From: an uncultured virus (IMG/VR IMGVR_UViG_3300033068_001821)
Lineage: Duplodnaviria; Heunggongvirae; Uroviricota; Caudoviricetes
Virus record (IMG/VR): IMGVR_UViG_3300033068_001821
Direction: 5' to 3' (one strand)
Length of the DNA: 64,000 nucleotides
Part shown: piece by piece, positions 30,430 through 40,465 of the stretch
Numbering within the stretch: the first letter of the stretch is position 1
Layout: every line of letters starts with the position of its first letter
The notes under the pieces: model-generated
The model's input: only the letters and a program-made list of their open reading frames with translations
The model's database searches: none
Told to the model about the DNA's origin: nothing
Translations under genes and position numbers: made by a program

Positions 30430-32043
30430 CTACAAATTAATTTTTATTATCTTATATGGATATTTTCTTTTAATATAGAATCCCTCTCGCTCTTTAAAAT
30501 GTCTAAAAAGTATATTAGACATATCTGTAGGATTAAATATGTCAACCAAATCAAATATATTTACCTTATCTTTATCCGAGTGTAAACGAAGACCACGACC
30601 AATACTTTGAATAATAATCTGTTCTGACTTAAATGAGTCTGTAAATATAACATTAAAAATCGCATTGATACTAACCCCAGTAGAAAGTGTACCAAATGAA
30701 GCTACTAATACTTTTACTTTATCAGAAGTAACCTCCATCAATTTCTTAATTTCTTCTCTCTTTCTACCACTTATTTCACCATCAATATAGTAAAATTCTT
30801 TATCAGGTAACTCGTCTTTTAGTTTTTGATATATCCTTTGACCATTTTCAATAGTATGAAATAATAATAAAGTATTATTGTCACACTTCTCAACAATCTT
30901 TCTAATAAAAACTAATCTTTTCTCAGATTGATGTGCATAAGCTTTTTCTAAATCAAAGGCTGCTTTACCATCTCCACTTTTTCTTATCAATTTCAATCTT
31001 TCATGAAATTCCAAATCATTATGGTTCATTATAACAGCTTTTATATCCATTGGTGTAATGATACCCTTTTTCTTTAATTCATCTGCAGAAACCTCTGTTA
31101 TTTTAGGTCCCAAAACCGCTTGTATATTAAGTATCTCACAAGTATCTTCTGTTGGAAAAGTACCAGATACTCCAAATCTACAGTATGCATGTTTAAATGT
31201 ACTTTCTAAAATAGTTGATATAGTTTTTGCCTTTGCACCGTGAGCTTCATCGGTAGCAATTGTATGAAATTGTTCAAAGAATTTCTTAGGCCATTTTTCT
31301 AGGGATTGATAAGTACCGATATAAACATTTGGATTTTCTGTCCCTGAGAATTTACGTGGTCTATCAGACATTACTTCTTCAACTCTAACATCACAAGGTA
31401 AATGATCTATACCACCTTCTAAAAGTGAAGTTAGTTTTCTATCTCTCATTTCCATTAGATTATTTACTCCATAATTATACTCTATGATATTATCATAGAA
31501 CTGAGTAACTAACGTGATTGAGGGAACTATTATAAGAAATTTTGCATCAGGATCAATATGTTTTAAAGTGTAAAACATAACTATTGATATGATTAAAGAT
31601 TTACCACCTGAAGTTGCAACTTCTGCCATACAGAATCTGTTTTTTAAGATTTTATATGCTGCTTCAATTTGATGATCATATGGCATAAAAGGAACTATCT
31701 GACCATCTTTTTTCATTGTATGTGTTTTGAAAAAGTCTTTACAGAAATCCTGTACTTTCTCTAAAGTAACCTCTCTATTTATCGGGAAGTCTTCTTTATT
31801 CTCTACTATAAAAGGAGCATCGATTTCTTTACAACCTCGCATAGCTTCTTTCCACAAACCTAGGTTTATTTTTCCATCTCTAAAGAATGATTTCTTACCA
31901 TCCCATACTCCCATTTTCACAGCAGGTTGATATTTCCAACCTTTTACATGTCTCGTTAACCACAATGATAACTGATGATATTCCACTCGACTTGCTTCTG
32001 TGACAACTAACTCTTCGTTTTCTTTGTCATATCTAAATTTCAT
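30430..32043 (-). CDS. uvsW: UvsW-like SF2 DNA helicase
   Basis: YDHQ, ATSGGKS, DEAH, SGT, QSIGRGLR motifs. Confidence 0.88.
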   Translation of the reverse strand: MKFRYDKENEELVVTEASRVEYHQLSLWLTRHVKGWKYQPAVKMGVWDGKKSFFRDGKINLGLWKEAMRGCKEIDAPFIVENKEDFPINREVTLEKVQDFCKDFFKTHTMKKDGQIVPFMPYDHQIEAAYKILKNRFCMAEVATSGGKSLIISIVMFYTLKHIDPDAKFLIIVPSITLVTQFYDNIIEYNYGVNNLMEMRDRKLTSLLEGGIDHLPCDVRVEEVMSDRPRKFSGTENPNVYIGTYQSLEKWPKKFFEQFHTIATDEAHGAKAKTISTILESTFKHAYCRFGVSGTFPTEDTCEILNIQAVLGPKITEVSADELKKKGIITPMDIKAVIMNHNDLEFHERLKLIRKSGDGKAAFDLEKAYAHQSEKRLVFIRKIVEKCDNNTLLLFHTIENGQRIYQKLKDELPDKEFYYIDGEISGRKREEIKKLMEVTSDKVKVLVASFGTLSTGVSINAIFNVIFTDSFKSEQIIIQSIGRGLRLHSDKDKVNIFDLVDIFNPTDMSNILFRHFKEREGFYIKRKYPYKIIKINL

Positions 32044-32165
32044 CTCATTATTATATATAAAAACCTTGTATTTGTTTAGTTTACAAAGTTTTTGTTGTTT
32101 TTTTACGGTTTTTTATGGAGGGGAGGATGTTAATTAAATATATAATAAAAAAAAAGTTAAATATT

Positions 32166-32501
32166 ATGGGATTATGGAAATTCTTAAAGGGACTTTTCGG
32201 AGCAAAAGAGACTGTAGATTGTGGTTGTGATACAACTGAATCTTGTCCAACTCCAGAAGTTTGTGAAGTAGAAGTACCAGTTGTTAAGGCTGTGGAAACT
32301 AAAAAAGAAGTAGTAGAAGTACCAGTTCAAGCTGAGGAAACTAAAGTAACTGCTAAAGAAATCAAAGCTAAAAGAAAAAAACCTGCTAAAAAAACTGAAG
32401 AAGTTAAAGAAGAGGTTGCAACTGAAGCCACTGAGAAGAAAGCTAAGCCACGTAGAAGAAGAAAGCCAAAAGCTAAACCAGAAAACGGGGATCAAGCATA
32501 A
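32166..32501 (+). CDS. Lys/Glu-rich low-complexity protein with N-terminal amphipathic helix
   Basis: Probable start MGLWKFLKGLFG at 32166; basic C-term. Confidence 0.55.
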   Translation: MGLWKFLKGLFGAKETVDCGCDTTESCPTPEVCEVEVPVVKAVETKKEVVEVPVQAEETKVTAKEIKAKRKKPAKKTEEVKEEVATEATEKKAKPRRRRKPKAKPENGDQA

Positions 32502-32505
32502 TAAG

Positions 32506-32533
32506 AAAAACCACTCAATTGAGTGGTTTTTTT
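32506..32533. terminator. Bidirectional terminator
   Basis: AAAAACCACTCAATTGAGTGGTTTTT; identical copy at 38406-38435. Confidence 0.8.
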
Positions 32534-32535
32534 AT

Positions 32536-32991
32536 TTAGAAAATTGGTTTATCTAATAAATCATCTATTTTCTTTTCTCGTTTAATAGCCTTTAAACGTA
32601 ACTCATCTTCAAATTTATATAATCTAATACTATATCTACCCATATTAGGATCATATGTCAAATCATAAAAAGCAATAACTTCAGATTCTTGTAAATATTT
32701 AAGAGTAGTATCTGCCAATCCCTCTAAAGTAATATTCATATTTGATGCAACATTGTAGGTGAGTAGTTCTAATTGATTATTTACAATTTTATTAAATGTA
32801 CCACTAGGTGCATTTAAAATTCTAGTTGTTCTATCTGCTATTTTCTCAAAGAAGTTTTTTAAATCAGAATCACTAATTTCATTTTTAGGGAATAAAGTAT
32901 TACTAATACTGAATATACTAAATTTATGTTTTACATCAGCAATTAGTTTCTCGACTTTCTCATCATTTGATAGAAATGTTATATCTTCCAT
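32536..32991 (-). CDS. Hypothetical protein with C-terminal REKKIDDLL tail
   Basis: ORF 151 aa downstream of clpP. Confidence 0.6.
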   Translation of the reverse strand: MEDITFLSNDEKVEKLIADVKHKFSIFSISNTLFPKNEISDSDLKNFFEKIADRTTRILNAPSGTFNKIVNNQLELLTYNVASNMNITLEGLADTTLKYLQESEVIAFYDLTYDPNMGRYSIRLYKFEDELRLKAIKREKKIDDLLDKPIF

Positions 32992-32996
32992 TCATA

Positions 32997-33656
32997 TTAC
33001 TTTCTTTTTAATATTATCTCGTCGATAATTCCATACTTCTTTGCATCTTGTGCAGTCATCCAGTAATCTCTATCACTATCTTTAGCAACTCTATCAAATG
33101 TTTGACCTGATTTATCTGAGATTATTTCATAAAGTTCTTTTTTCAAAGAATTTATTTCTTTTGCCTCAATTTCCATATCAGAAGCTTGTTGGTATCCACC
33201 GTATCCTAAAGGTTGATGAATCATTGTTCTACTTCTTTTAAGAGCAAATCTTTTACCCTTTGCACCAGAACACAAAATTACTGCAGCCATTGAAGCGGCA
33301 AGTCCAGTATTTATTGTAACTATATCAGGTTTAACAAAGTCCATTACGTCAAGTAGTCCTAATCCAGTATAAACAGAACCACCAGGAGAATCAATATAAA
33401 TTGATATGTCTTCATCACTTTCAGATTCTAAATAAAGAAGTTGTGCTTTAATTATGTTAGTAACATACTCATCAACCTCAGTAGATAAAAAGATAATTCG
33501 GTCATCTAATAGTTTTGAAAAGACATCAACTGGCATACCATTACCCTCTAATAACATAGGAGTACTGTTTTTTCTTTGTAAGTGTTTAAAGTAATTGTCT
33601 TGAAAGGTACTTGAAATAGATTGACTTCGTAGAAATTTTTGTAAGTCGTTTTTCAT
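32997..33656 (-). CDS. clpP: Clp protease proteolytic subunit
   Basis: DVFSKLLDDRIIFL, YIDSPGGSV, GLAASMA, MIHQP, DRDYWM. Confidence 0.95.
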   Translation of the reverse strand: MKNDLQKFLRSQSISSTFQDNYFKHLQRKNSTPMLLEGNGMPVDVFSKLLDDRIIFLSTEVDEYVTNIIKAQLLYLESESDEDISIYIDSPGGSVYTGLGLLDVMDFVKPDIVTINTGLAASMAAVILCSGAKGKRFALKRSRTMIHQPLGYGGYQQASDMEIEAKEINSLKKELYEIISDKSGQTFDRVAKDSDRDYWMTAQDAKKYGIIDEIILKRK

Positions 33657-33716
33657 TTAAGAATATTATTTTTTGTTTTTATTATAAAATAAAGTAAAAG
33701 TTTAATATATACTGAT

Positions 33717-34814
33717 ATGAAGTATTTAAAACTATTTAACGAGTCACTTGATAAAGAAAGTTTAACAGATTTATGTGATATGTGTTTGGCATATCTTATG
33801 GATGAAGGATATGAATATGATATTCAAGAATTCAGTTGGCTTGATTATAAAGTAATAAAATTTTATAATACACTTATTGAGAATAAAACTCAATATTGGC
33901 CATATAAGTATGAGAATTTCTTTAAATGGACTGATATTAAAGATCAATTTATTCCTTTTTTAGAAATGATACTTAGAAAGTATAGAATAAAAGAAATTAA
34001 AATGGATGTTATTGGTGAGTATGAAAATGGTACTAATGTCGAACAAAGAACTTTTATGGAATATTATATTAGTTCCCTAACCTCTGACCGATTTGATGAT
34101 AATACCGAAATAAGAAGTATTGAAATTTCAGTTGCAGAGAAGCCAAAAAGAAAAAACTTTATTGGTAAATTAAAATCATTATTTGAGGAGTTTGAGGAAA
34201 ACGACACATTATATGTATTTGACTTTGATGATACTCTTGTAAATACACCACAGTTTGAAGATTTTGCAATAGAATATTTAAAAGAGGAAATAACAGTTAA
34301 GGAGATAGTTGATAAGTCAATAAAAACTATTGGTGTAAACAAGTCTGACTTAAAATGGCAAGATGGTAGAATATATGTTGAAGATCCTGATGGTAAAATT
34401 GATGTTAAACAAAATTGGGTTAGAAAAGGAGCTAGAGTTTATCTTATGGCACCAGATATATTTGGTACAACTGATTTAAGTTTACCAACCGAAACATTAG
34501 ACTTAGTAGAGTTTTATAACTCTGTTGAAAATAAATGTATTTTAACTGCTCGTTCTGAAATTGTTAGAGATAAAATTATGGAATCAATGAAAGAACTTGG
34601 AATTGAGTACCCTAAATATGGTCTTCATATGTATCCTTACTCTAATTATAGTAAAGCTGGTTCTTGGAAAGGAACTAAAATAGTTGAATTGGTTGAGAAG
34701 ACTGGATTTAAAAAGGTTGTTTTCTATGATGATAACATAAAATACTTAAAATCTGCAACTAAAGTAATTAAAGATAAACTACCTAACTTAGATTACAAGT
34801 ATGTAAAAGTGTAA
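33717..34814 (+). CDS. Leader-bearing two-domain protein with C-terminal HAD phosphatase
   Basis: MKYLKLFNES; FDFDDTL, LTAR, FYDDN. Confidence 0.75.
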   Translation: MKYLKLFNESLDKESLTDLCDMCLAYLMDEGYEYDIQEFSWLDYKVIKFYNTLIENKTQYWPYKYENFFKWTDIKDQFIPFLEMILRKYRIKEIKMDVIGEYENGTNVEQRTFMEYYISSLTSDRFDDNTEIRSIEISVAEKPKRKNFIGKLKSLFEEFEENDTLYVFDFDDTLVNTPQFEDFAIEYLKEEITVKEIVDKSIKTIGVNKSDLKWQDGRIYVEDPDGKIDVKQNWVRKGARVYLMAPDIFGTTDLSLPTETLDLVEFYNSVENKCILTARSEIVRDKIMESMKELGIEYPKYGLHMYPYSNYSKAGSWKGTKIVELVEKTGFKKVVFYDDNIKYLKSATKVIKDKLPNLDYKYVKV

Positions 34815-34863
34815 AAAAAGAGGTTTAAATATTTAATATATAATAAAAAATAAAAAAACATAT

Positions 34864-35184
34864 ATGAAAACTAAAGTTGAAGTACTTGGATATGAAATCG
34901 AAATTGAAGAAGTTGATGGTGTTGTAACCGTTAAAGCAGAATTAGATGGTGAGACAGTTGAAGAATTCACTCTTGAAACTCCTGAAGAAGGTGGTGAGCA
35001 TGAAGGTGCTGACGAAGAAGGTGGAGAAGACGTTCAATCATTTAAAGATTTTGATTCACAAGACGAAGAAGATGACGATGACTTTGAAGACTCTGAAGAT
35101 TTTGAATCAGAAGATGATGACGAAGAAGATAAAGGAGAAAATACATTAGAATCTTTCCAAGCTTTCTTTGAGAAAAGAAACTAA
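34864..35184 (+). CDS. Highly acidic small protein
   Basis: D/E-rich; ends LESFQAFFEK; TAATATATA at 34834. Confidence 0.6.
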   Translation: MKTKVEVLGYEIEIEEVDGVVTVKAELDGETVEEFTLETPEEGGEHEGADEEGGEDVQSFKDFDSQDEEDDDDFEDSEDFESEDDDEEDKGENTLESFQAFFEKRN

Positions 35185-35256
35185 AATAAAAAGAGGATTT
35201 AATCCTCTTTTTTTATATTATAAATTTAATATATAATAAAAAATTATTATAATACT

Positions 35257-36657
35257 ATGTTATTAAAATTTAATAGCTTTATTAAAGAAAGTGTTACTGG
35301 TAAAGGAACTTTGTTATACTATGCATTTGACTGGGATGACAATATACTAAAAATGCCAACTGAAATTATAGTTCAATCAGAAGATGGTGAAGAAGTTGGT
35401 ATGACTACTGCAGATTTTGCAACATATCGTTCTAAAATAGGTAAAGAAAACTTTGAATATAAAGATCAAACAATTATTAGTTTTGCTAATGAACCATTTA
35501 GAAACTTTAGAGATACAATGGATCCTGAAATATTTAAAAAGGATGTTGCTAAAGCTTTAGAAATGGAATCATTTGCACCTGCCTGGGATGACTTTATTGA
35601 GTGTTTAACTAATGGTTCTGTATTTGCAATTATTACTGCACGTGGACATGAATCAGAAGGTATGAGAAAAGGTGTTGAATACATTATTGACAATTTAGAT
35701 CAAGGTCAAAAGTCAAAAATGCACGATAGTTTATTGATGTTCTTACAACTTTTTGGTAAATCAAGAGATATGGAAGATAATTATGAAAGTGCAGCAAGTT
35801 TTTCTAAGTCAGAATTAGTACAAGACTACTTAGACTTATGTCATTTTGTTGGTGTTTCTGCACCATCAAGAGGTGGTTCACCAGATAATCCTGAGGCAGC
35901 CAAAGAAGATGCTTTAAGAGATTTTATATCAGATGTAAATGGATATGCTGAGAAAATTGGATTTGTTGCCAAAGTTGGTTTTTCAGATGACGACCCAGGA
36001 AATGTTAGTCATATGACACACGCTCTTTCGAGTGCAGATATAGATCACGAGGAATTATGGCCATTTATTAAAGAGTTTATTATTAAAGATACAAATAAAC
36101 CAGGTAATGTAGTTAGAACTAATATACCTACAAGAAAAGTTAAAACATTCTCTGACTTTAAAGAAAGTATGACCCCAGGATTAGAAGGCTCAACTATCTC
36201 TATGCAACCAGAAACTAATCTTATGATTATGGCAGATAAAACTAATGATTTTAGTGCGAATGGTGATGAAACTCGTCAAGATCCTTATGGTAATAGATTA
36301 AAAGCACAAGCTAAAAGATTAGGAGGACAAGAATGGTGTGCTTGTTGTGATAATACTAAATCTGAGTGTGATTGTGATGACAGTTGTGAATGTAAATGTA
36401 ATAGTAAAATGTCTGAATCACTTAGTAGAGAAATTTCTAATCAGTTTGATTTCGACGATTTAGTTGATCTAATGATTAAAGCCAATGATGGTGACTTAGA
36501 TGGTGTTGTTCAAAGCAAAGCCAATCGTTTTTTCGCTAAATACAAAATAGATACATCATTGACCACTTATGAAATAATGGACGAATTACAAGATAACTAT
36601 GGTAATTCAATAATGAAAGAGATGCAAGATATATTAGGTGATTATGTAATAAAATAA
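35257..36657 (+). CDS. Leader-bearing HAD-superfamily protein with Cys-rich segment
   Basis: MLLKFNSFIKES; FDWDDNI, ITARGH, FSDDD; CACCD..CDCDDSCECKC. Confidence 0.7.
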   Translation: MLLKFNSFIKESVTGKGTLLYYAFDWDDNILKMPTEIIVQSEDGEEVGMTTADFATYRSKIGKENFEYKDQTIISFANEPFRNFRDTMDPEIFKKDVAKALEMESFAPAWDDFIECLTNGSVFAIITARGHESEGMRKGVEYIIDNLDQGQKSKMHDSLLMFLQLFGKSRDMEDNYESAASFSKSELVQDYLDLCHFVGVSAPSRGGSPDNPEAAKEDALRDFISDVNGYAEKIGFVAKVGFSDDDPGNVSHMTHALSSADIDHEELWPFIKEFIIKDTNKPGNVVRTNIPTRKVKTFSDFKESMTPGLEGSTISMQPETNLMIMADKTNDFSANGDETRQDPYGNRLKAQAKRLGGQEWCACCDNTKSECDCDDSCECKCNSKMSESLSREISNQFDFDDLVDLMIKANDGDLDGVVQSKANRFFAKYKIDTSLTTYEIMDELQDNYGNSIMKEMQDILGDYVIK

Positions 36658-36713
36658 TACGACTATATTGTGTTATAATAAAAATCCTCTTTATGAGGAT
36701 TTTTTGTTTGTAT

Positions 36714-36740
36714 AAACTTTATTTATTTCTTATGTATAAT
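36714..36740 (+). promoter_or_regulatory. Putative early/middle promoter AAAC-N17-TATAAT (representative copy)
   Basis: Same spacing before primase, polymerase, M42 peptidase, FKBP, UvsW and clamp genes. Confidence 0.6.
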
Positions 36741-36744
36741 TTCT

Positions 36745-37941
36745 ATGGATAAAGTTTATATTAAAAATATTCTTCAAAAAATTCTTAACAAGGAATTTGC
36801 AAATGTTCAAAAACGTCGAATCAATGATTACACAGACCGTTTGAACTTTGCTTGTCCATTTTGTGGAGATTCACATAGGAATAACCACGCCAAACGTGGT
36901 AATCTTTATTTTAACCGTTTAGTTTTTATCTGTTTCAACTGTGACAAGAAAACTACATTCGATAGAATGTGTAAACAATTCAATGAACAAATAGATCCAG
37001 ATAAAAAATTAGAAATGATTGAACACTTAGATTCAATTATGACCTATAATGACTATCAAAATGAGTTTGTTGATGCAAAGTTTGATAATCTAATTGATAT
37101 AGAGGAACTAGAAACTGCAATAAATCTTAACATGACACCATTATCTGATTTTAAACCAATCCAAGTTGGTGGTGGTATATACAAGTACCTAATTGGTCGT
37201 GGGATTGAACCAGACAAACATAAAGATATATATCAAGCTAAATATTGGAAGAATGAGGATGAGTCTGAATGGATAATTGTAATGCTTAATCGTAGAGGAA
37301 ATAAACTATTAGGAATGCAGGTTCGTAATCTTAAAGAAGGAAAAAGAAGAATGTTTAAGATTTACAACTATGAAAACATTTTAGAATGGGTAAATCATGC
37401 AAAAGATGAACCAAAACAAGTTGATATAAATGAATTAGTTATCTATAATAAGTTATCTTATTACTTTAACATACTTAATGTTGATTTTGATAATATGATT
37501 ACTGTTTTTGAGGGTTATTTAGATTCTTTATTTTATCCGAACTCAATTGGATTAGTTGGAGTGAATACCGACTTTAGATTTTTAGAGAATAGTGGATTTG
37601 ATTTACAATACTTTTTTGATAATGATGAAGCAGGATTTAAAAAGTCAGAGGAAAAGTTAAAAGAAGGTTATCCCGTCTTTTTATGGAATAAATTATTCGA
37701 TAGTATTGTTTCACAAAAAAGAACCGCAGATCCATTTAGTTTATTACATAGAATTAGTAAGGTAAAAGATATAAATAAATTATGTCAACTAACACCAGGT
37801 GCTTATAAGAAATTAAAATTACCTTTATTTTTTAGTAAGGATGTTTTAGATGTAAAATGGATTCCAAAATTTAAACGTAAAAGAAATAATAAAGAAGAAG
37901 TTGATTATAATAAAAAATTTGAAGAATTTAAAAAATTATAA
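36745..37941 (+). CDS. DNA primase, T4 gp61-like
   Basis: Zn finger CPFCGD..CFNC; TOPRIM FEGYLD, FDNDEAG, KDIN. Confidence 0.88.
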   Translation: MDKVYIKNILQKILNKEFANVQKRRINDYTDRLNFACPFCGDSHRNNHAKRGNLYFNRLVFICFNCDKKTTFDRMCKQFNEQIDPDKKLEMIEHLDSIMTYNDYQNEFVDAKFDNLIDIEELETAINLNMTPLSDFKPIQVGGGIYKYLIGRGIEPDKHKDIYQAKYWKNEDESEWIIVMLNRRGNKLLGMQVRNLKEGKRRMFKIYNYENILEWVNHAKDEPKQVDINELVIYNKLSYYFNILNVDFDNMITVFEGYLDSLFYPNSIGLVGVNTDFRFLENSGFDLQYFFDNDEAGFKKSEEKLKEGYPVFLWNKLFDSIVSQKRTADPFSLLHRISKVKDINKLCQLTPGAYKKLKLPLFFSKDVLDVKWIPKFKRKRNNKEEVDYNKKFEEFKKL

Positions 37942-37974
37942 AACTTATCAACGAAAGTTGATTATAAATTCTAA

Positions 37975-38043
37975 GTTTCATTGGTTGGTATTTGGATTTA
38001 TAAATTGAAAAGAGTCTTTCAGAAATGAAAGACTCTTTTTTTT
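37975..38043 (+). ncRNA. Putative ~70-nt small RNA
   Basis: AAAC-N18-TATAAA at 37941-37968, no ORF, strong terminator 38008-38043; begins GTTTCATTGGTTGGT. Confidence 0.45.
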
Positions 38044-38083
38044 GTATTTTCTGTTTTAATATATAAAAATAAAAAGACTTATT

Positions 38084-38404
38084 ATGGCAGAAGAAGTTAA
38101 GAAATTAGGATTTTGGGGAAACATTAAATGGTTCTTCACTGAATTGATGAAAATCTATTCTACTCAAGATTCATATTTTTCTAAAAAGAGAGTTGAATCA
38201 GGAATCGGATTTGTTATTGCAGAATGGGGAATGATATTTTTCTTATTAAGTAAATTTGAAACAATGACTATGCTTGAGTTCGGTGGATGGGCATCTATTC
38301 AATTTCTTGTAGCTGGTTACATGGTTAATCAAATACAAAGTGAAAAGAAAACATCAGAAGTTAGTAACTCCGCAGATGTAACGGTTGAAGAAAATCAACA
38401 GTAA
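38084..38404 (+). CDS. Small two-TM membrane protein, holin candidate
   Basis: Two hydrophobic helices; late-type motif at 38057. Confidence 0.45.
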   Translation: MAEEVKKLGFWGNIKWFFTELMKIYSTQDSYFSKKRVESGIGFVIAEWGMIFFLLSKFETMTMLEFGGWASIQFLVAGYMVNQIQSEKKTSEVSNSADVTVEENQQ

Positions 38405-38433
38405 CAAAAAACCACTCAATTGAGTGGTTTTTT

Positions 38434-38964
38434 TTATTTTAATCTTTTTTCTCTTCTTGAGAATCTGTAACTTTTTGCTTCAAACTCTGGATCAATACGA
38501 TCTTCATCTTCTAACTTTGGTGCTTTTGGTGCAGAACCACCTTGTAAATAATCTACAACTTGATCAACTGTATCAAACTTCTTTCTATCAACGTGAAATT
38601 TCTCAGTTTCAGAAGGGAAGATAATTTCCTTTCCTTCAAATTCTAATCTATTATTTTGAACAGCATCAGCATCTAATCCTAAAGCAACTGCCAATTCTTT
38701 TAGTTTACCAGAGTAGAAATCTTCTTGCTCTTCTTCTACTTCACCGTCAAATTCTTGCTCAAATGGAGCATTTTTTGCCAATGGATTATCTTGTTCACTT
38801 GGAACATCATCTGGAATAACACCTGGTCTTGTTGGTCTTTCTCTTGTAGGTCTATCAGGACTTGGTGTTGTAGGTGTTTCTCTTCTTGTTGGTGCAGGAG
38901 CAGGAGCTTGTTCTGGACCAAAGTCTAATTCTTCGTTTACGAATTGATTATATCTTTTAATCAT
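38434..38964 (-). CDS. Leader-bearing Pro-rich/acidic protein
   Basis: Starts MIKRYNQFVNEE. Confidence 0.6.
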   Translation of the reverse strand: MIKRYNQFVNEELDFGPEQAPAPAPTRRETPTTPSPDRPTRERPTRPGVIPDDVPSEQDNPLAKNAPFEQEFDGEVEEEQEDFYSGKLKELAVALGLDADAVQNNRLEFEGKEIIFPSETEKFHVDRKKFDTVDQVVDYLQGGSAPKAPKLEDEDRIDPEFEAKSYRFSRREKRLK

Positions 38965-39014
38965 AATCTAAATAATTATTTTTTTATTATATATTAAATA
39001 TAAAATACCTGTTT

Positions 39015-39491
39015 TTACTCTAATTCTTGTATTATATAATCAATAAAATTGTCTAATTCATATTCTAAACCACTACAAAATTCAAAAACATCATATTCTA
39101 CTTCTTTACCTTTCTCATAAACAACTTTATAAAAGTCTGGTGAATATGACCCATTATTATAAAGTGTTATTTTACCTTTTAAGTTCCCTTCTATTGTTCT
39201 ATTTGGTTTCTCTAAGTCTGGTACATATAAAGTACCAATATACTCAATTCCATTCTTTTTGTATTTTATATCGTGTAATTCAAATTTAAAAAAGTCATCT
39301 TCAAAAAATGTATCATTACTTAAAATTCTCATCTTATTCTGAACTCTCTCATCATCACCAGACGAAACTGCATCTAAAAAATCTTTCTCGTGATCAGTCA
39401 ATGATGTTATACCATACTTAGATATTTTATCTAGTAATTCATCAGTTTTATCTTGACTGGAAGAACCTTCATATACCATCACATTTTTCAT
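39015..39491 (-). CDS. Hypothetical protein with DUF6576-like motif
   Basis: DELLDKISKYGITSLTDHEKDFL. Confidence 0.55.
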   Translation of the reverse strand: MKNVMVYEGSSSQDKTDELLDKISKYGITSLTDHEKDFLDAVSSGDDERVQNKMRILSNDTFFEDDFFKFELHDIKYKKNGIEYIGTLYVPDLEKPNRTIEGNLKGKITLYNNGSYSPDFYKVVYEKGKEVEYDVFEFCSGLEYELDNFIDYIIQELE

Positions 39492-39494
39492 AAT

Positions 39495-39701
39495 TTATAA
39501 ATCGTCAAAAAGATCATCAATCCTCTTATCTCTTTTAAACTGTAAGGCAAAATTTTCATCATTTTCAAATTTAAACTTGAAATCATTAAAAGCACTTTCA
39601 CTGATTCTCAATAATGAGAACGAACCTCTACTTAACTTACCTTCAGTAAGTCGATTATCTAAGTGTTTTAGATAATATGGATATAAATAATCTTCTTTCA
39701 T
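39495..39701 (-). CDS. Small protein with C-terminal RDKRIDDLF tail
   Basis: ORF 68 aa. Confidence 0.55.
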   Translation of the reverse strand: MKEDYLYPYYLKHLDNRLTEGKLSRGSFSLLRISESAFNDFKFKFENDENFALQFKRDKRIDDLFDDL

Positions 39702-39733
39702 AATTTTATATATTACTTTTTTATATATACATT

Positions 39734-40465
39734 ATGAAATGGATTAAATTAAACGAAGCAGTCCTAAAATTAGGACCTATCAAGACACAGAAATATGGAA
39801 AGTTTAACTCAGTTGATTGGTTAAATGCCAAAATAAAAAAGTATGTAGAAGATACATATGGGCCATATGGATTTAGATATGGTGTAAATACAGATTTAAA
39901 CATTGATGGATACACAATAAGTTCAGAGTATATCAGTAAAATGGTAAATAATTACACAATATTTAAAGCAGTTATTAAGGATAATTTCATTAGAACTGAA
40001 GAAGCTTTCTATCATTATATGACTAATAACCTAGATGCAATATATAATTGGAAAGGTAAGTACTTCAAACGTCTTACATTACCTATTCTAATTAGTACTT
40101 CAAGAAGAGGAAATATTGGTGAAAAACAATCTTTAGATTTCTTTAAAAAATCTTTACAAGAGAAAAAAGGTGTTTCTATAAACTTTATTCAACCAACAGT
40201 TGAAGAAGATATTTCTGGAATTGATGGAAAATTTATCTGGGAAGGAAAAGAAGTTACAATTCAAGTTAAACCTTATGACACGGCAACCATTAGCACATCT
40301 ACAAGAAAGGTTAAGATACACTCACAAGGATCATTATCGTTGAATACAGACTACCTAATCGTCTATAGAGGCCAATCATTTATTATTATAAAAGGTAAAG
40401 ATGTTACAATAGAAGGAAACTACTTTACATTTCAAGAAGATAAAATAGTTGCAAGACAACAATGA
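39734..40465 (+). CDS. Leader-bearing PD-(D/E)XK nuclease-like protein
   Basis: GNIGE..EDISGIDG..TIQVKP pattern; starts MKWIKLNE. Confidence 0.55.
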   Translation: MKWIKLNEAVLKLGPIKTQKYGKFNSVDWLNAKIKKYVEDTYGPYGFRYGVNTDLNIDGYTISSEYISKMVNNYTIFKAVIKDNFIRTEEAFYHYMTNNLDAIYNWKGKYFKRLTLPILISTSRRGNIGEKQSLDFFKKSLQEKKGVSINFIQPTVEEDISGIDGKFIWEGKEVTIQVKPYDTATISTSTRKVKIHSQGSLSLNTDYLIVYRGQSFIIIKGKDVTIEGNYFTFQEDKIVARQQ

